NCBI GenBank assembly: GCA_002726235.1
Contig: PBSN01000017.1
Location: 1 to 38,902 of the forward strand
Origin: Nitrospiraceae bacterium
Lineage (GTDB): Bacteria; Nitrospirota; Nitrospiria; Nitrospirales; UBA2166
Direction of reading: 5' to 3'
Length of the DNA: 38,902 nucleotides
Both the position numbers and the translations under genes were made by a program. Numbering within the stretch: the stretch's first letter is position 1; every line of letters begins with the position of its first letter. The notes below the pieces were generated by a model. The model was not told the DNA's origin. It searched no databases and saw only the letters and a list, made by a program, of their open reading frames with translations. This document shows, piece after piece, positions 10,667-20,089 of this stretch.

Positions 10667-11524
10667 ATGGTAATATCTCTTCTAGAACTAGTTGGTGGCT
10701 GGCTTGCAAAGCGCCTCTCGCAACCGCGTGAAAGAGGTGTCCATGTTTCCACCACTAGCCCAGAGATACTCGCTTCAGTGTTGAAGAAAGGTGACGTTCT
10801 CCTTGTTGAAGGCACCAGCCGCTTTGGTCTTGTCGTCAAGTATCTTACTCAATCAACGTGGTCCCACGCCGCGCTCTATATCGGAAATGCTTTGGATCCA
10901 CAGACTGTCGGTGAAGAGGCTCGAGTGCTCGTCGAAGCCGATGTCAACGAAGGAGTTCGCGCGATTCCCCTGAGCATGTACGCGGAACTCCACACTCGCA
11001 TCTGTCGACCCGTGGGGCTTAGACCTGAGGAAATTGATGCGGTCGTCGAGTATGTCATCGGTCGCCTAGGGCATCGATACGACCTCAAGAACATCATCGA
11101 CCTAGGTCGGTATGTTGTACAAACACCTCCAGTGCCACGTCGGTGGAGGCGACAGCTTCTTGCGCTTGGGAGTGGCGATCCGACCAAGGCGATCTGCTCG
11201 TCTTTGATCGCCGAAGCGTTTCAGTCCGTTCATTATCCTGTGTTGCCGGACGTTGAGATTAGGAGATCAAACCACCCAGCATGCGTAGAGTGTCACGAAG
11301 AAATTTTACGTATACGGAATAGCAGTTTGTTCACCCCTAGAGATTTCGATGTTTCACCCTACTTTCGAATCATCAAGCCGACCATTGACCATGAGTTCGA
11401 TCCTCACCAACTGAGGTGGGGGGATCAAACGGAATTAGTGTCGACATGCGATACGATTGAACCGCGTTTTAGCATGAATGGTTGTGGGCGTGAGGAGTCG
11501 GTCGCGGTGCGCGGCATTGTGTGA
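10667..11524 (+). CDS. Permuted papain-like NlpC/P60 enzyme (YiiX/YebB-like)
   Basis: KGDVLL, WSHAALY (His before Cys), GHRYD, ICSSLIAEAF (Cys), TPRDF; 16 bp after the acyl-CoA dehydrogenase with a GAGG SD. Confidence 0.85.
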   Translation: MVISLLELVGGWLAKRLSQPRERGVHVSTTSPEILASVLKKGDVLLVEGTSRFGLVVKYLTQSTWSHAALYIGNALDPQTVGEEARVLVEADVNEGVRAIPLSMYAELHTRICRPVGLRPEEIDAVVEYVIGRLGHRYDLKNIIDLGRYVVQTPPVPRRWRRQLLALGSGDPTKAICSSLIAEAFQSVHYPVLPDVEIRRSNHPACVECHEEILRIRNSSLFTPRDFDVSPYFRIIKPTIDHEFDPHQLRWGDQTELVSTCDTIEPRFSMNGCGREESVAVRGIV

Positions 11525-11628
11525 TGGTCATGATGTGAATTGCCGAGCATGTGAGGGTGGTGGACGTGTGTTTATTAGCGTAGCAACGGTGCCCGATTTA
11601 CAAAAATGGAGTGTGAGGAGAAGAAACA

Positions 11629-12075
11629 ATGCAATTTAACCCTCTGAAGAACATGGCGTGGACAATAGAGTCAGCAATTGTACGAAAAGTTTCAACCATT
11701 GATGAACATCGATCCTGTTTCGAAGCGGCGGAAGTGATGACAAAGGAATTTGTTGGAGCATTGGTTATCACGGATGGGGCTAAGATTGCAGGCATTCTTA
11801 CCGAGCGAGATCTGATGACGAGAGTAGTTGGAAAACACAAGGACCCGGAAAAAGTCAGCGTGCAAGAAATGATGACCACCGACCTGATCAAGGTCAGTCC
11901 GAACGAGACAGCCACGGATTGTCTGAAATTAATGAAACAACATCGATGTCGCCATCTTTTAGTGTTTGATAGCGATGAATTTGTTGGAATCGTTTCTGTG
12001 CGAGATATTTTCATGCTCATGATGGAGGAGCAGAACGAGTTGATTGAACAACTTGAACATTACATAGGCTCCTGA
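11629..12075 (+). CDS. Stand-alone tandem CBS-domain protein
   Basis: VGALVI..GILTERDL, V.EMMT, RHLLV..VGIVSVRDI; GAGGAG SD. Confidence 0.9.
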   Translation: MQFNPLKNMAWTIESAIVRKVSTIDEHRSCFEAAEVMTKEFVGALVITDGAKIAGILTERDLMTRVVGKHKDPEKVSVQEMMTTDLIKVSPNETATDCLKLMKQHRCRHLLVFDSDEFVGIVSVRDIFMLMMEEQNELIEQLEHYIGS

Positions 12076-12087
12076 GAGAATTCGTCT

Positions 12088-12131
12088 CTGTAGTACCTGT
12101 AGTACCTGTAGTACCTGTAGTACCTGTAGTA
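12088..12131. repeat. 9-bp tandem repeat (CTGTAGTAC)x4 plus an 8-nt partial copy
   Basis: Read directly; lies between the convergent CBS and citrate synthase stops. Confidence 0.95.
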
Positions 12132-12167
12132 GCAACTCAAACTAGTGCCGTGTTTGATCATCATGGC

Positions 12168-13313
12168 TCATGATGCCCGCGTTGTCCGATCCAGAATTTC
12201 CACATAGGGGCGACTCCGTTGACCTTCGTAGATCTGGTCTGGCCGGAACAGGCGATTGTCTTTGTATTGTTCGAAACAGTGAGCGAGCCATCCGGCGACT
12301 CGTGCTATGGCAAACACTGACGTATAGAGATCGGTCTCGATTCCAATGTGGTGGTAGATCAGTCCAGAATAGAAGTCAACATTAGCTGAGATAGCCTTGT
12401 GTCCAACCATCTCGTTCATTGTCCGCTCAACTTCGATCGCGATCTCGTAGAGATGGGATTCAGTCGATCGTTTGCACAAGTTCTTTGCGATGTTTTGCAG
12501 AAATGTGGCGCGAGGATCCTTCACCTTGTAAATGCGGTGGCCAAAGCCCATCACGCGTTCTCTGACCTCAAGTTTTGCGCGAATATAAGCCTTCGCAGCA
12601 CCCGCAGACCCAATGTCATGAAGCATGCCGATGACTTGTTCGTTGGCACCTCCATGAAGCCTCCCTTTCAGGGTTCCGATGGCCGATGCAATGACGGTAT
12701 ACGGATCTGATAGGGTTGAAGCCGTCACGAGCCCGCTGAATGTCGACGCATTCATGGTGTGCTCTGCATGGAGAATGAGGCAGGTGTCCAATGCCTTTGA
12801 CAGCGTAGCGTCCTGCACTTGGCCGGAGCACATGTAGAGAAAATTTGCGGTGTGCGCCAAATCATCTCTAGGCTGTATCGGTTCATCTCCTCTTCGAAGC
12901 CTTGTGAAAGTTGCGACGATGGTCGGAAGTTTGGAGATCAACCGAATGGCAGCCCAGTAGTTTTCTTCGCTACTTTGGGCAGGGGGGGTGGGATAAAACA
13001 TCCCGATAGCCGCCACTGCCGCCTGCAGTGCATCCATCGGGTGTCCCTCTTTGGGGAGGCACTTGATCAGATTGATGAGCTGGTGTCTGAGGTATCGATG
13101 ATGACGGAGGTTGGTGTCGAATTGGTCGAGTTCCCGCTGGCTTGGCAGACGGTCATACAGCAGAAGATAGGTAGTTTCGGAAAACGTGCTAGACTCGGCC
13201 AGCTGTTCAATTGGGATTCCCCGATATTCGAGGATCCCTTGTTGGCCATCAATGAAGCTTATCTTCGATCGAGCGGCAGGAACTCCAGCAAGCCCTGGGA
13301 AGAAATCATGCAT
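12168..13313 (-). CDS. gltA: Citrate synthase (short type; 2-methylcitrate synthase not excluded)
   Basis: PGLAGV, LEYRGI, HPMDAL, HAEHTMNAST, LHGGANE, GFGHRIYK..DPRA, NVDFYSG, ARVAGW. Confidence 0.9.
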   Translation of the reverse strand: MHDFFPGLAGVPAARSKISFIDGQQGILEYRGIPIEQLAESSTFSETTYLLLYDRLPSQRELDQFDTNLRHHRYLRHQLINLIKCLPKEGHPMDALQAAVAAIGMFYPTPPAQSSEENYWAAIRLISKLPTIVATFTRLRRGDEPIQPRDDLAHTANFLYMCSGQVQDATLSKALDTCLILHAEHTMNASTFSGLVTASTLSDPYTVIASAIGTLKGRLHGGANEQVIGMLHDIGSAGAAKAYIRAKLEVRERVMGFGHRIYKVKDPRATFLQNIAKNLCKRSTESHLYEIAIEVERTMNEMVGHKAISANVDFYSGLIYHHIGIETDLYTSVFAIARVAGWLAHCFEQYKDNRLFRPDQIYEGQRSRPYVEILDRTTRAS

Positions 13314-13331
13314 TCGGGGAGTGTATCACCT

Positions 13332-16300
13332 CTAGGCGGTGGTTTTGGTGGAGGGTGGTGCGAATCCGCGACGGAGTGTCTGCTCGGTGATCGATTGGGC
13401 AACCATGAATTGTTTGAGATAGTCGGGTCCACCGGCTTTGGCACCACAGCCTGAAAGGTGAAATCCTCCAAATGGTTGACATCCCACCAAGGCGCCAGTA
13501 ATTCCTCGATTGATGTAGAGATTGCCAACTTCAAGAACTTCTTTTGCATACTCGATGTTTCGCGGACTTCGCGAAAACAATCCCGCGGTCAGGCCATATT
13601 CGATGGTGTTGGCTATCTGCATGGCTTCATCGAAGTCGGAGGCGACCAGAACAGAAAGGACAGGGCCAAATATTTCTTCCTGTGCCAGGCGATTTTCTGG
13701 TCGAACATTGAGGAAGATTTTAGGCGTTACGTACCATCCGTCGTCTGGTACGGACTCCCAGGCATCACACTGCAACGCTTGAACGGCAACCTGCTTTCCG
13801 TGGTTGATATATTCGGTGATGGTGTCTAACGCTTGGTGATCAATCACGGGGCCAATCTGATGGCGTGGATCGTCTGGAGAGCCGATCGAGAGGCTTTTCG
13901 TTGCTTCGACAAGTCGAGAGATGAATGATTCGGAGATCATCGACAGCAGAATGAGGCGAGAGCAGGCTGAACATTTCTGCCCCTGAAATCCGAACGCAGA
14001 TTTGACGACTCCGCGAATGGCCTCATCCATGTCAGCTGTGTCATCGACGATGATGGCATTTTTGCCACCCATTTCCGCAATAACCTTTTTTATGTCTCGC
14101 TGACCATGGCGATGTTTGGCCGCAGTTTCGATGATCTGGAGCCCTACTTGCTTCGACCCAGTGAATGCGATGACGTGGATCTTGGAATGTTCAACAAGGT
14201 ATTGTCCTATATCTGGGCCACCCGGAAGAAATTGGAGAATGCCATCCGGAAGTCCACTCGCCCAAAATACTTCAGCAAGCTTCGCACCTAATACCAGTGA
14301 TCGCTCCGATGGTTTGAACAGTACTCCGTTGCCTGTGACAAGGGCGGCGGCAATCATCCCTGTTGGAATGGCTAAGGGGAAATTCCAAGGTGCCAGTACA
14401 GCCACAAGGCCACGAGCGCGATATTGCTGAATGTTCAATTCACCAGGGTAGTCTCCACATTGCGTGCGATTCCCAATCTGGAGCATTTCTCGTCCGTAGA
14501 ATTCAAGGAAGTCGATAGCTTCAATAACGTCGGCATCGGCTTCCATCCACGATCTTCCAACTTCCAGAATTTCCCATGCGGCGAATTCGAAACGTTTTTT
14601 GCGAAGTTCTTCCGCCGATTGGAATAAGATCTCCGCCCGTGCCCTTGGTTTCGTCGCACCCCACTTATTCTGGGATTCCTTGGCTTGGCTTATCGAGGCC
14701 TCAACATCGTGTTGTGTGGCCATGTACATGTGACCAATGACTTCAGAGGAATGGGCAGGGTTGTGTGAGACTAAGTGCTCTCTGGATGCGGTCACAAAAA
14801 AATCTGGATTACGCGTGTTTGTTTTTTTGAGATGATCCCTTGCCAGACTTAAGGCCGTCTGCATTACCATGCGCGAGCAAGGTTTTGAGAAATCGGTCGG
14901 GGGCTCATTGTGGAATTCCTTTGTTGTTTGCGAACTGTTGTTGGTGGAGCGGGGTTTGTGTTGAGCATTTATGCGTATTGGACTGAGAAGGACCCTGTCA
15001 AGGCCGTCAAACGAGCCGAATTGTTTGAGGAGAACAGATTGGTTTGCGGTGTTTTCGAGCAATCGGCGGACAAGGTATGCCATGCCTTGGAGAAGATCTC
15101 CGATTGGGGTGTACTCACGAAGACGCACGTTGATGTGTTGGAGCGCGTCCTGTAAAGGGGTGGCGATGCCGTGCAACATTTGAATTTCGTAGGCATGTTT
15201 GGGGAGGCCACGCTGTTGGGCCGATACCACCGCGTGAGCGATGCTCCTCACGTTATGGCTTCCGATAGCTGGGCGGATGAGGTTTGTGTGATTGAGAAGA
15301 ACGGCCGTCATTTTTTCGAAATTGGCATCGGTGTCGCTCTTCCGTTCGAACACTGGTGTTGGCCAACCTCGTTGTGCTGCAATGATCTGTTCGTAATCCC
15401 AATACGCGCCTTTAACGAGCCGAATATGAAATGGTTGTCCGCGTTGTGACACCCAGTCGATCAGCTTCCTCACGTCATGCTTGGAATCTTTAAGATATGC
15501 CTGTATGGCAACGCCGGCATATGGGTAGGGTAAGAACTCATCTTCGGTAAAGATCCGCTGAATAATATCCAGGACAAGGTCTTTCAATTGGTGGGTTTCC
15601 ATGTCGATAGTGACGGCTGCAGGAATGGCCTGAGCCGTTCTCAAAATTGCACGCAGTCGAGGAGCTACGCCGCAAAAACTGCCTTCCGGGCTGATTGGAT
15701 CTAACTGGGAATACAACGAGGAAAGCTTCACCGAGATATTTGTTCGGGGAAGTGCGCCGTGCTGATCGTTCTCGATCATGGGCTGAGGTTTCCATGTGCG
15801 GATTGACCGATCGAAAACGGTCAGCGCATCGACATAACGCTGACAATATTGATCTGCTTCTCGCTCGCTTACTGCTTCTTCCCCAAGAAGATCCACAGAG
15901 AACGCTCGTCCGTGATCCCATAGTTTTTTTAGCGGCCGCAACGATCCGGAGACGGTATCGGACACTATAAATTGGCGTGCGAACGATCGCGCCTGGCGAC
16001 GAACAATCGCGGCTACAATTTCTGCACTAGTCCGGTTCTGTGAAAGCATTTCGATGACAACTCTGATTGATTCTGGAAGTGCCTCGGCGGAAAAATATTC
16101 ACGCAATATGCGCACAAGCTGAGCGGGAGTATGGAGGCTTGGCAATACATCAATGAATTGAAACAGGTGGAGTTTGAATGCTTCGTCCTTAAGACAGCGG
16201 TTTAGGATTTCGTCTCGGAGCCAGCTTTTGGTGAGCACGACTGGACGGTGACGTTGGGAAAGACGATGCAACTTTTCACCCAATCTGTGTATGTCTGATT

Positions 16301-16349
16301 CGAGTATGTCTTGGTAGGGCGACGTGGCTATGTTGCTGATAGGCATCAT
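13332..16349 (-). CDS. putA: Bifunctional proline dehydrogenase / P5C dehydrogenase (no DNA-binding domain)
   Basis: VDLLGE, SVKLS, IDME, RLVKGAYWDYE, SHNVRS, YLVRRLLEN; PWNFP, FTGS, AEMGGKN, GQKCSAC, EEIFGP, QPFGG. Confidence 0.95.
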   Translation of the reverse strand: MMPISNIATSPYQDILESDIHRLGEKLHRLSQRHRPVVLTKSWLRDEILNRCLKDEAFKLHLFQFIDVLPSLHTPAQLVRILREYFSAEALPESIRVVIEMLSQNRTSAEIVAAIVRRQARSFARQFIVSDTVSGSLRPLKKLWDHGRAFSVDLLGEEAVSEREADQYCQRYVDALTVFDRSIRTWKPQPMIENDQHGALPRTNISVKLSSLYSQLDPISPEGSFCGVAPRLRAILRTAQAIPAAVTIDMETHQLKDLVLDIIQRIFTEDEFLPYPYAGVAIQAYLKDSKHDVRKLIDWVSQRGQPFHIRLVKGAYWDYEQIIAAQRGWPTPVFERKSDTDANFEKMTAVLLNHTNLIRPAIGSHNVRSIAHAVVSAQQRGLPKHAYEIQMLHGIATPLQDALQHINVRLREYTPIGDLLQGMAYLVRRLLENTANQSVLLKQFGSFDGLDRVLLSPIRINAQHKPRSTNNSSQTTKEFHNEPPTDFSKPCSRMVMQTALSLARDHLKKTNTRNPDFFVTASREHLVSHNPAHSSEVIGHMYMATQHDVEASISQAKESQNKWGATKPRARAEILFQSAEELRKKRFEFAAWEILEVGRSWMEADADVIEAIDFLEFYGREMLQIGNRTQCGDYPGELNIQQYRARGLVAVLAPWNFPLAIPTGMIAAALVTGNGVLFKPSERSLVLGAKLAEVFWASGLPDGILQFLPGGPDIGQYLVEHSKIHVIAFTGSKQVGLQIIETAAKHRHGQRDIKKVIAEMGGKNAIIVDDTADMDEAIRGVVKSAFGFQGQKCSACSRLILLSMISESFISRLVEATKSLSIGSPDDPRHQIGPVIDHQALDTITEYINHGKQVAVQALQCDAWESVPDDGWYVTPKIFLNVRPENRLAQEEIFGPVLSVLVASDFDEAMQIANTIEYGLTAGLFSRSPRNIEYAKEVLEVGNLYINRGITGALVGCQPFGGFHLSGCGAKAGGPDYLKQFMVAQSITEQTLRRGFAPPSTKTTA

Positions 16350-16749
16350 TGATTTGTCATCTGATGATCCAGTGCGGACGCTAGTGCAGTGTCCAAAAAA
16401 TCCCTGTGCGTTTTGTTATTTAGGGTGTGACCCCTGATGGCCTGTAGAGGCTTGAATATTAAATGAGGGTATTACGCCACTTCTTGTTGTTTTGGCGGGC
16501 CATCTCTCTAGTGAAAATTTCAATTCAAAAGGCTAAGTCTATCTGTGAGATGGCCCGCCAAACGTTTTCTTGCTAAACAGCGATGTGCCTCCCTATTTTT
16601 GTTTGTTTCCCGACCCGTCCTTTGGCGATGGGTGAAGTCGTTGCGCGTACGAACACGTCTTCTGTGGCTCGGTGTTCTTTATGATCCGAAGGATCTCACT
16701 GGGCACCATACCTTTGATCGATCATGCTCTTAGCAATGAACTAATGGCT

Positions 16750-16860
16750 TCAGGCCTCTCTGTAAGGTAAAGGCCGCTCTCGAGTCCTCAACGCACATAC
16801 GACCCGCTCCGCTGTGGAGGCGATATCTCGCCAAGGCGGACCTGCCTTTAGTTCTTCCAT
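16750..16860 (-). CDS. Putative 36-aa small protein (MEELKAGPPWRD...YREA) within a structured element
   Basis: Perfect SD AAGGAGGTGAT (complement of 16865-16875) 4 nt before ATG 16860; no recognisable family. Confidence 0.35.
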   Translation of the reverse strand: MEELKAGPPWRDIASTAERVVCALRTRERPLPYREA

Positions 16861-17208
16861 ACGCATCACCTCCTTTTCTCCCCAAAGACCCCAGTACGGG
16901 GAGGACAACTTTAGTTGGACTTCAACCCCCCATCGTCTCAAGATGCACAGGAAATCCCTTCCCACAGGCCGCGCATTGGAAGTAACCTGATTCGACAGGG
17001 CTCTCTAGTGGGGTATCGAAAAATCACCCACTTGCCGTAGAGTTAGCGTAAAATATCGACCCAAGATAGACAATAGACCGAAAGGTTCAACTTTGGTCCA
17101 TGTGTACGGCACATTGGGTACTGGATTTAGTGAACCCATCATGGGGCAGGTTAGCGCGATGCATGCGAAAAACATTGGTGAGTATCAAATTAGTCAAGGG
17201 AAGAGGAG

Positions 17209-18006
17209 ATGAAGGTGGCGTATGTTCAGTTTTCCCCTGCCTTGCGTGATCTTCATGAAACGATTTCTCGCCTTGAAGCTCTGTTTCCTGCGTGCGGTGA
17301 AGCTGATCTTGTCGTACTTCCTGAACTCTGTAACTCCGGGTACAGTTTTTGTTCGAAGAAAGAGGCATTTGACAGTTCAGAACAGATTGAAAATAGTCAG
17401 TTTCTCTCTTTCCTGGGAGCCAGATGTCGTGAATATAGCCTGGATATTGTGACGGGGTTCAATGAGCGTTCTGGAAACACATTGTATAACTCAGCTGTGC
17501 TGATAGGGCCAGAGGGATACGTGGGGAGTTATCGAAAAATGCATCTCTTCATGAACGAGAAGGACTATTTCTGTCCCGGAGATAATGGCCTCCCAGTTTT
17601 TCAGCGACAGAACGCAGTCATTGGACTTCTGGTGTGTTATGACTGGTTTTTTGCGGAAGTGTGGAAAATCCTTGCGTTGAAGGGTGCCGACATCATTTGT
17701 CATCCATCAAATCTAATTCTTCCTGGACTGGCTCAGCAAGGTATACCGTTTCATGCGGTTACCAACCGTGTTTTTATCGTGACGGCAAACCGCATTGGCA
17801 CGGAAGGTTCCTTAACGTTTACGGGGAATTCGTTGATTGTTGATGCGCGAGGCGAAGTCCTTTCACACGCACCTGCTGCAAAAGCCCATGTGGATGTGGT
17901 GTCCATTGATCTAGAACGAGCGAGAGATAAAGCGGTAACCTTTCGAAACCATTTATTCGAAGACCGGAGGCCTCAGGATTATGAAGAGCTCCTATCCATG
18001 CCCTGA
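17209..18006 (+). CDS. Carbon-nitrogen hydrolase (nitrilase superfamily)
   Basis: Triad motifs LPELCNSGY (Glu), YRKMHLF (Lys), VCYDW (Cys); ANRIG, FTGNS. Confidence 0.92.
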   Translation: MKVAYVQFSPALRDLHETISRLEALFPACGEADLVVLPELCNSGYSFCSKKEAFDSSEQIENSQFLSFLGARCREYSLDIVTGFNERSGNTLYNSAVLIGPEGYVGSYRKMHLFMNEKDYFCPGDNGLPVFQRQNAVIGLLVCYDWFFAEVWKILALKGADIICHPSNLILPGLAQQGIPFHAVTNRVFIVTANRIGTEGSLTFTGNSLIVDARGEVLSHAPAAKAHVDVVSIDLERARDKAVTFRNHLFEDRRPQDYEELLSMP

Positions 18007-18172
18007 CAGGATGCTCTGGAGAAGTCTGTCGGTGGCGTTCTCGGTCTGGTGTCGCCTTCACGTACTTTGGGCACGCTCCTGGGACCAACGGCATTTGTTT
18101 TGTGTGCGCACATTTTGACCATCCTGCTGGCGGAGGGCAGGTGTCCTATTTTAGACATGAAGGATTGACGAT

Positions 18173-18844
18173 ATGACGCATAGCATTCGCGTGGTGATCT
18201 TCTCGGAAGATCGACTGTTTCGTGATGGGCTGGCGAAGTTATTGGACGAGCGTAAGGGCGCTGAACCTCAGATAATACTTTCTGGCGTATTGGATCGTTG
18301 GGAGGAGATCATCGCGTTGAAAGAAAAGGCATTGATCGATGTGGCCCTTCTAGATTACAAACTGTTCAACCGCGACGGTCTTCCCCCACTGTCAACTCTT
18401 TCGTCAGGAGAATGTCCTGTCAAGGCTGTCTGGATTGGGGTGCGGGATCATGAAAGCGACATTATCCCCTGCCTTGAATCGGGCGCTGTAGGCTACATTT
18501 CAACGGATGCTTCTGTCGATGACCTGGTGCATATCGTTACCGCAGTTGCAAATGGGAACTCATGGTGTTCGGATCGATTCGCGGCATTTTTGTTTTCGCG
18601 AATACAAGATTTTTCCAGTGAGAAATGGATGAATGCGCGGGAAGACGCGCAGTTAACAGCCAGAGAGTTTGAAGTGATTGAGCTGCTTGCTGAAAGTCTG
18701 AGCAACAAGGAGATAGCGGAACGCCTGAATATCGAGACTCAAACGGTCAAGAATCACGTCCATCATCTGCTGGAAAAACTTTCCGTTCACAAACGGATGG
18801 ATGCCGTGGCCTATGCGCGGCAGCGCCATTGGTTGCGGCGGTAG
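18173..18844 (+). CDS. NarL/LuxR-family regulator with a degenerate receiver domain
   Basis: LTAREFEVIELL..SNKEIAERLNIETQTVKNHV HTH; receiver-like DVALLD and GAVGYI. Confidence 0.9.
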   Translation: MTHSIRVVIFSEDRLFRDGLAKLLDERKGAEPQIILSGVLDRWEEIIALKEKALIDVALLDYKLFNRDGLPPLSTLSSGECPVKAVWIGVRDHESDIIPCLESGAVGYISTDASVDDLVHIVTAVANGNSWCSDRFAAFLFSRIQDFSSEKWMNAREDAQLTAREFEVIELLAESLSNKEIAERLNIETQTVKNHVHHLLEKLSVHKRMDAVAYARQRHWLRR

Positions 18845-19188
18845 TCGAGAAACCTCTACAGGGCATTTGGTAATCATTGAGGCGCGAGGCGAGGTTAAAG
18901 ACGACTCGCTTTGAAGCTGTCTCGCTTTCTGTAATACTAGACACCCTATTCAAGGCTTGACGGTGAACCTCGCGATCAGTTCTACTCCACCCCAAGCCAA
19001 TTCCGCACGGCGATGTAATGCATGTAGAGATTCATTGTTGCAATGAGCAGGCAGACAATCTGAGGTGCCGTTTAGGGTATCGAGGGGATGGGGTGTAAAA
19101 ATTTATCGGCATGGAAGGATTAGGGAAAACTATAAATTGGCATAGAAATGCATTAGCCTAACCAAGGATCATCTGCGAGGTTCTAGGC

Positions 19189-20070
19189 ATGAACGAGTTA
19201 TTGCACTTTGATTCTGAAAAACAAGAATTTTCATTTAATGAGGATAAATTAAACAATATAGATTTTAGAAGCCTGGCTCTTGGCGAATTATTCCATGCCA
19301 ATAGGTCTTTTGCCATTATAAAAGGTTTTTTAAGTAAAGATGTTGCCATTAAAATAAAAAATTTTTATACAAACTCTCAGAATAAGAATATTTTTGTTAA
19401 AGCTTCGCCAGAGGGAAACTCAAGAATATTTTATTATTTAAACTCGCCATATGTGTACCCTAAATTTGTAGTAAGTTTACTTAAATCATGTATGTTTATT
19501 AAGAATAAGATTTACCAATATCACGATTATTACCAATATTATTGCATGATAAAGAATATTGATCCCAAGGCTTTCAGGGAAGTAGTTGACCTGCAGGTTC
19601 TGCATTCATGGCAGGCTGTATATTGGTACAGAAACAGCGAATCTCATTTTAAACATATAGATAATTATGGTGAACTGGCTTGTTTTTTAATATTATCCGA
19701 GAAAAGTAAAGACTATGATGAGGGAGGCCTTAAGGTTTACTATGAAGGTAGCAGAGGTGACATCTTTTTAGATGATTATTACGAATATGGCGATTTAGTT
19801 TTTCTAGATCAGTCCCAAGTATATCACGAGGTGTTGCCCGTTAAACATAGAGAAAATCAAGTGGGGAGATTGTCGATGTATGTACCCACGATTCCCCCAA
19901 ACTATATGAAAAAGACGCTCTTTTTTGAAGGATTTCCACTTTCCCCGAAGAGTACGACTGGGAATATACCATTTCTTGATAGAGTGTGCGCTATTTACAC
20001 AAGTCTCTTAAAGCGGGAACAAATACACCATTCGAGAGTTAAATTTTGCCATTTTGATACGGTGCTTTAG
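19189..20070 (+). CDS. Putative 2-oxoglutarate/Fe(II)-dependent oxygenase
   Basis: HID (HxD) ... YDEGGL ... GDLVF ... YHEVLPV (distal His) ... GRLS (RxS); AT-rich. Confidence 0.65.
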   Translation: MNELLHFDSEKQEFSFNEDKLNNIDFRSLALGELFHANRSFAIIKGFLSKDVAIKIKNFYTNSQNKNIFVKASPEGNSRIFYYLNSPYVYPKFVVSLLKSCMFIKNKIYQYHDYYQYYCMIKNIDPKAFREVVDLQVLHSWQAVYWYRNSESHFKHIDNYGELACFLILSEKSKDYDEGGLKVYYEGSRGDIFLDDYYEYGDLVFLDQSQVYHEVLPVKHRENQVGRLSMYVPTIPPNYMKKTLFFEGFPLSPKSTTGNIPFLDRVCAIYTSLLKREQIHHSRVKFCHFDTVL

Positions 20071-20089
20071 GGGCTTCTTCAAAGAGAAA

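Noticed and set aside
12088..12131. Repeat as a CRISPR array
   Set aside because: 9-bp units with no spacers and no cas genes
12819..13454. 211-aa plus-strand ORF (also 30025..30651 and 9892..10443)
   Set aside because: Antisense shadows of well-supported genes
16865..16875. ATCACCTCCTT as a 16S rRNA 3'-end remnant
   Set aside because: Flanks do not resemble 16S helix 45; treated instead as an SD/anti-SD element
16985..17100. tmRNA/tRNA-like words (GATTCGACAGG, GGTTCAACT)
   Set aside because: No GGGG 5' acceptor stem, no T-stem or CCA end, and far too short for tmRNA
19137..19153. TTGGCATAGAAATGCAT as a sigma54 promoter for the islet
   Set aside because: Spacing is GG-N9-GC, one short of the required N10
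19157..19188. GCCTAAC...GTTCTAGGC resembling an integron attC
   Set aside because: Much shorter than known attC sites, core imperfect, no integrase and no second site
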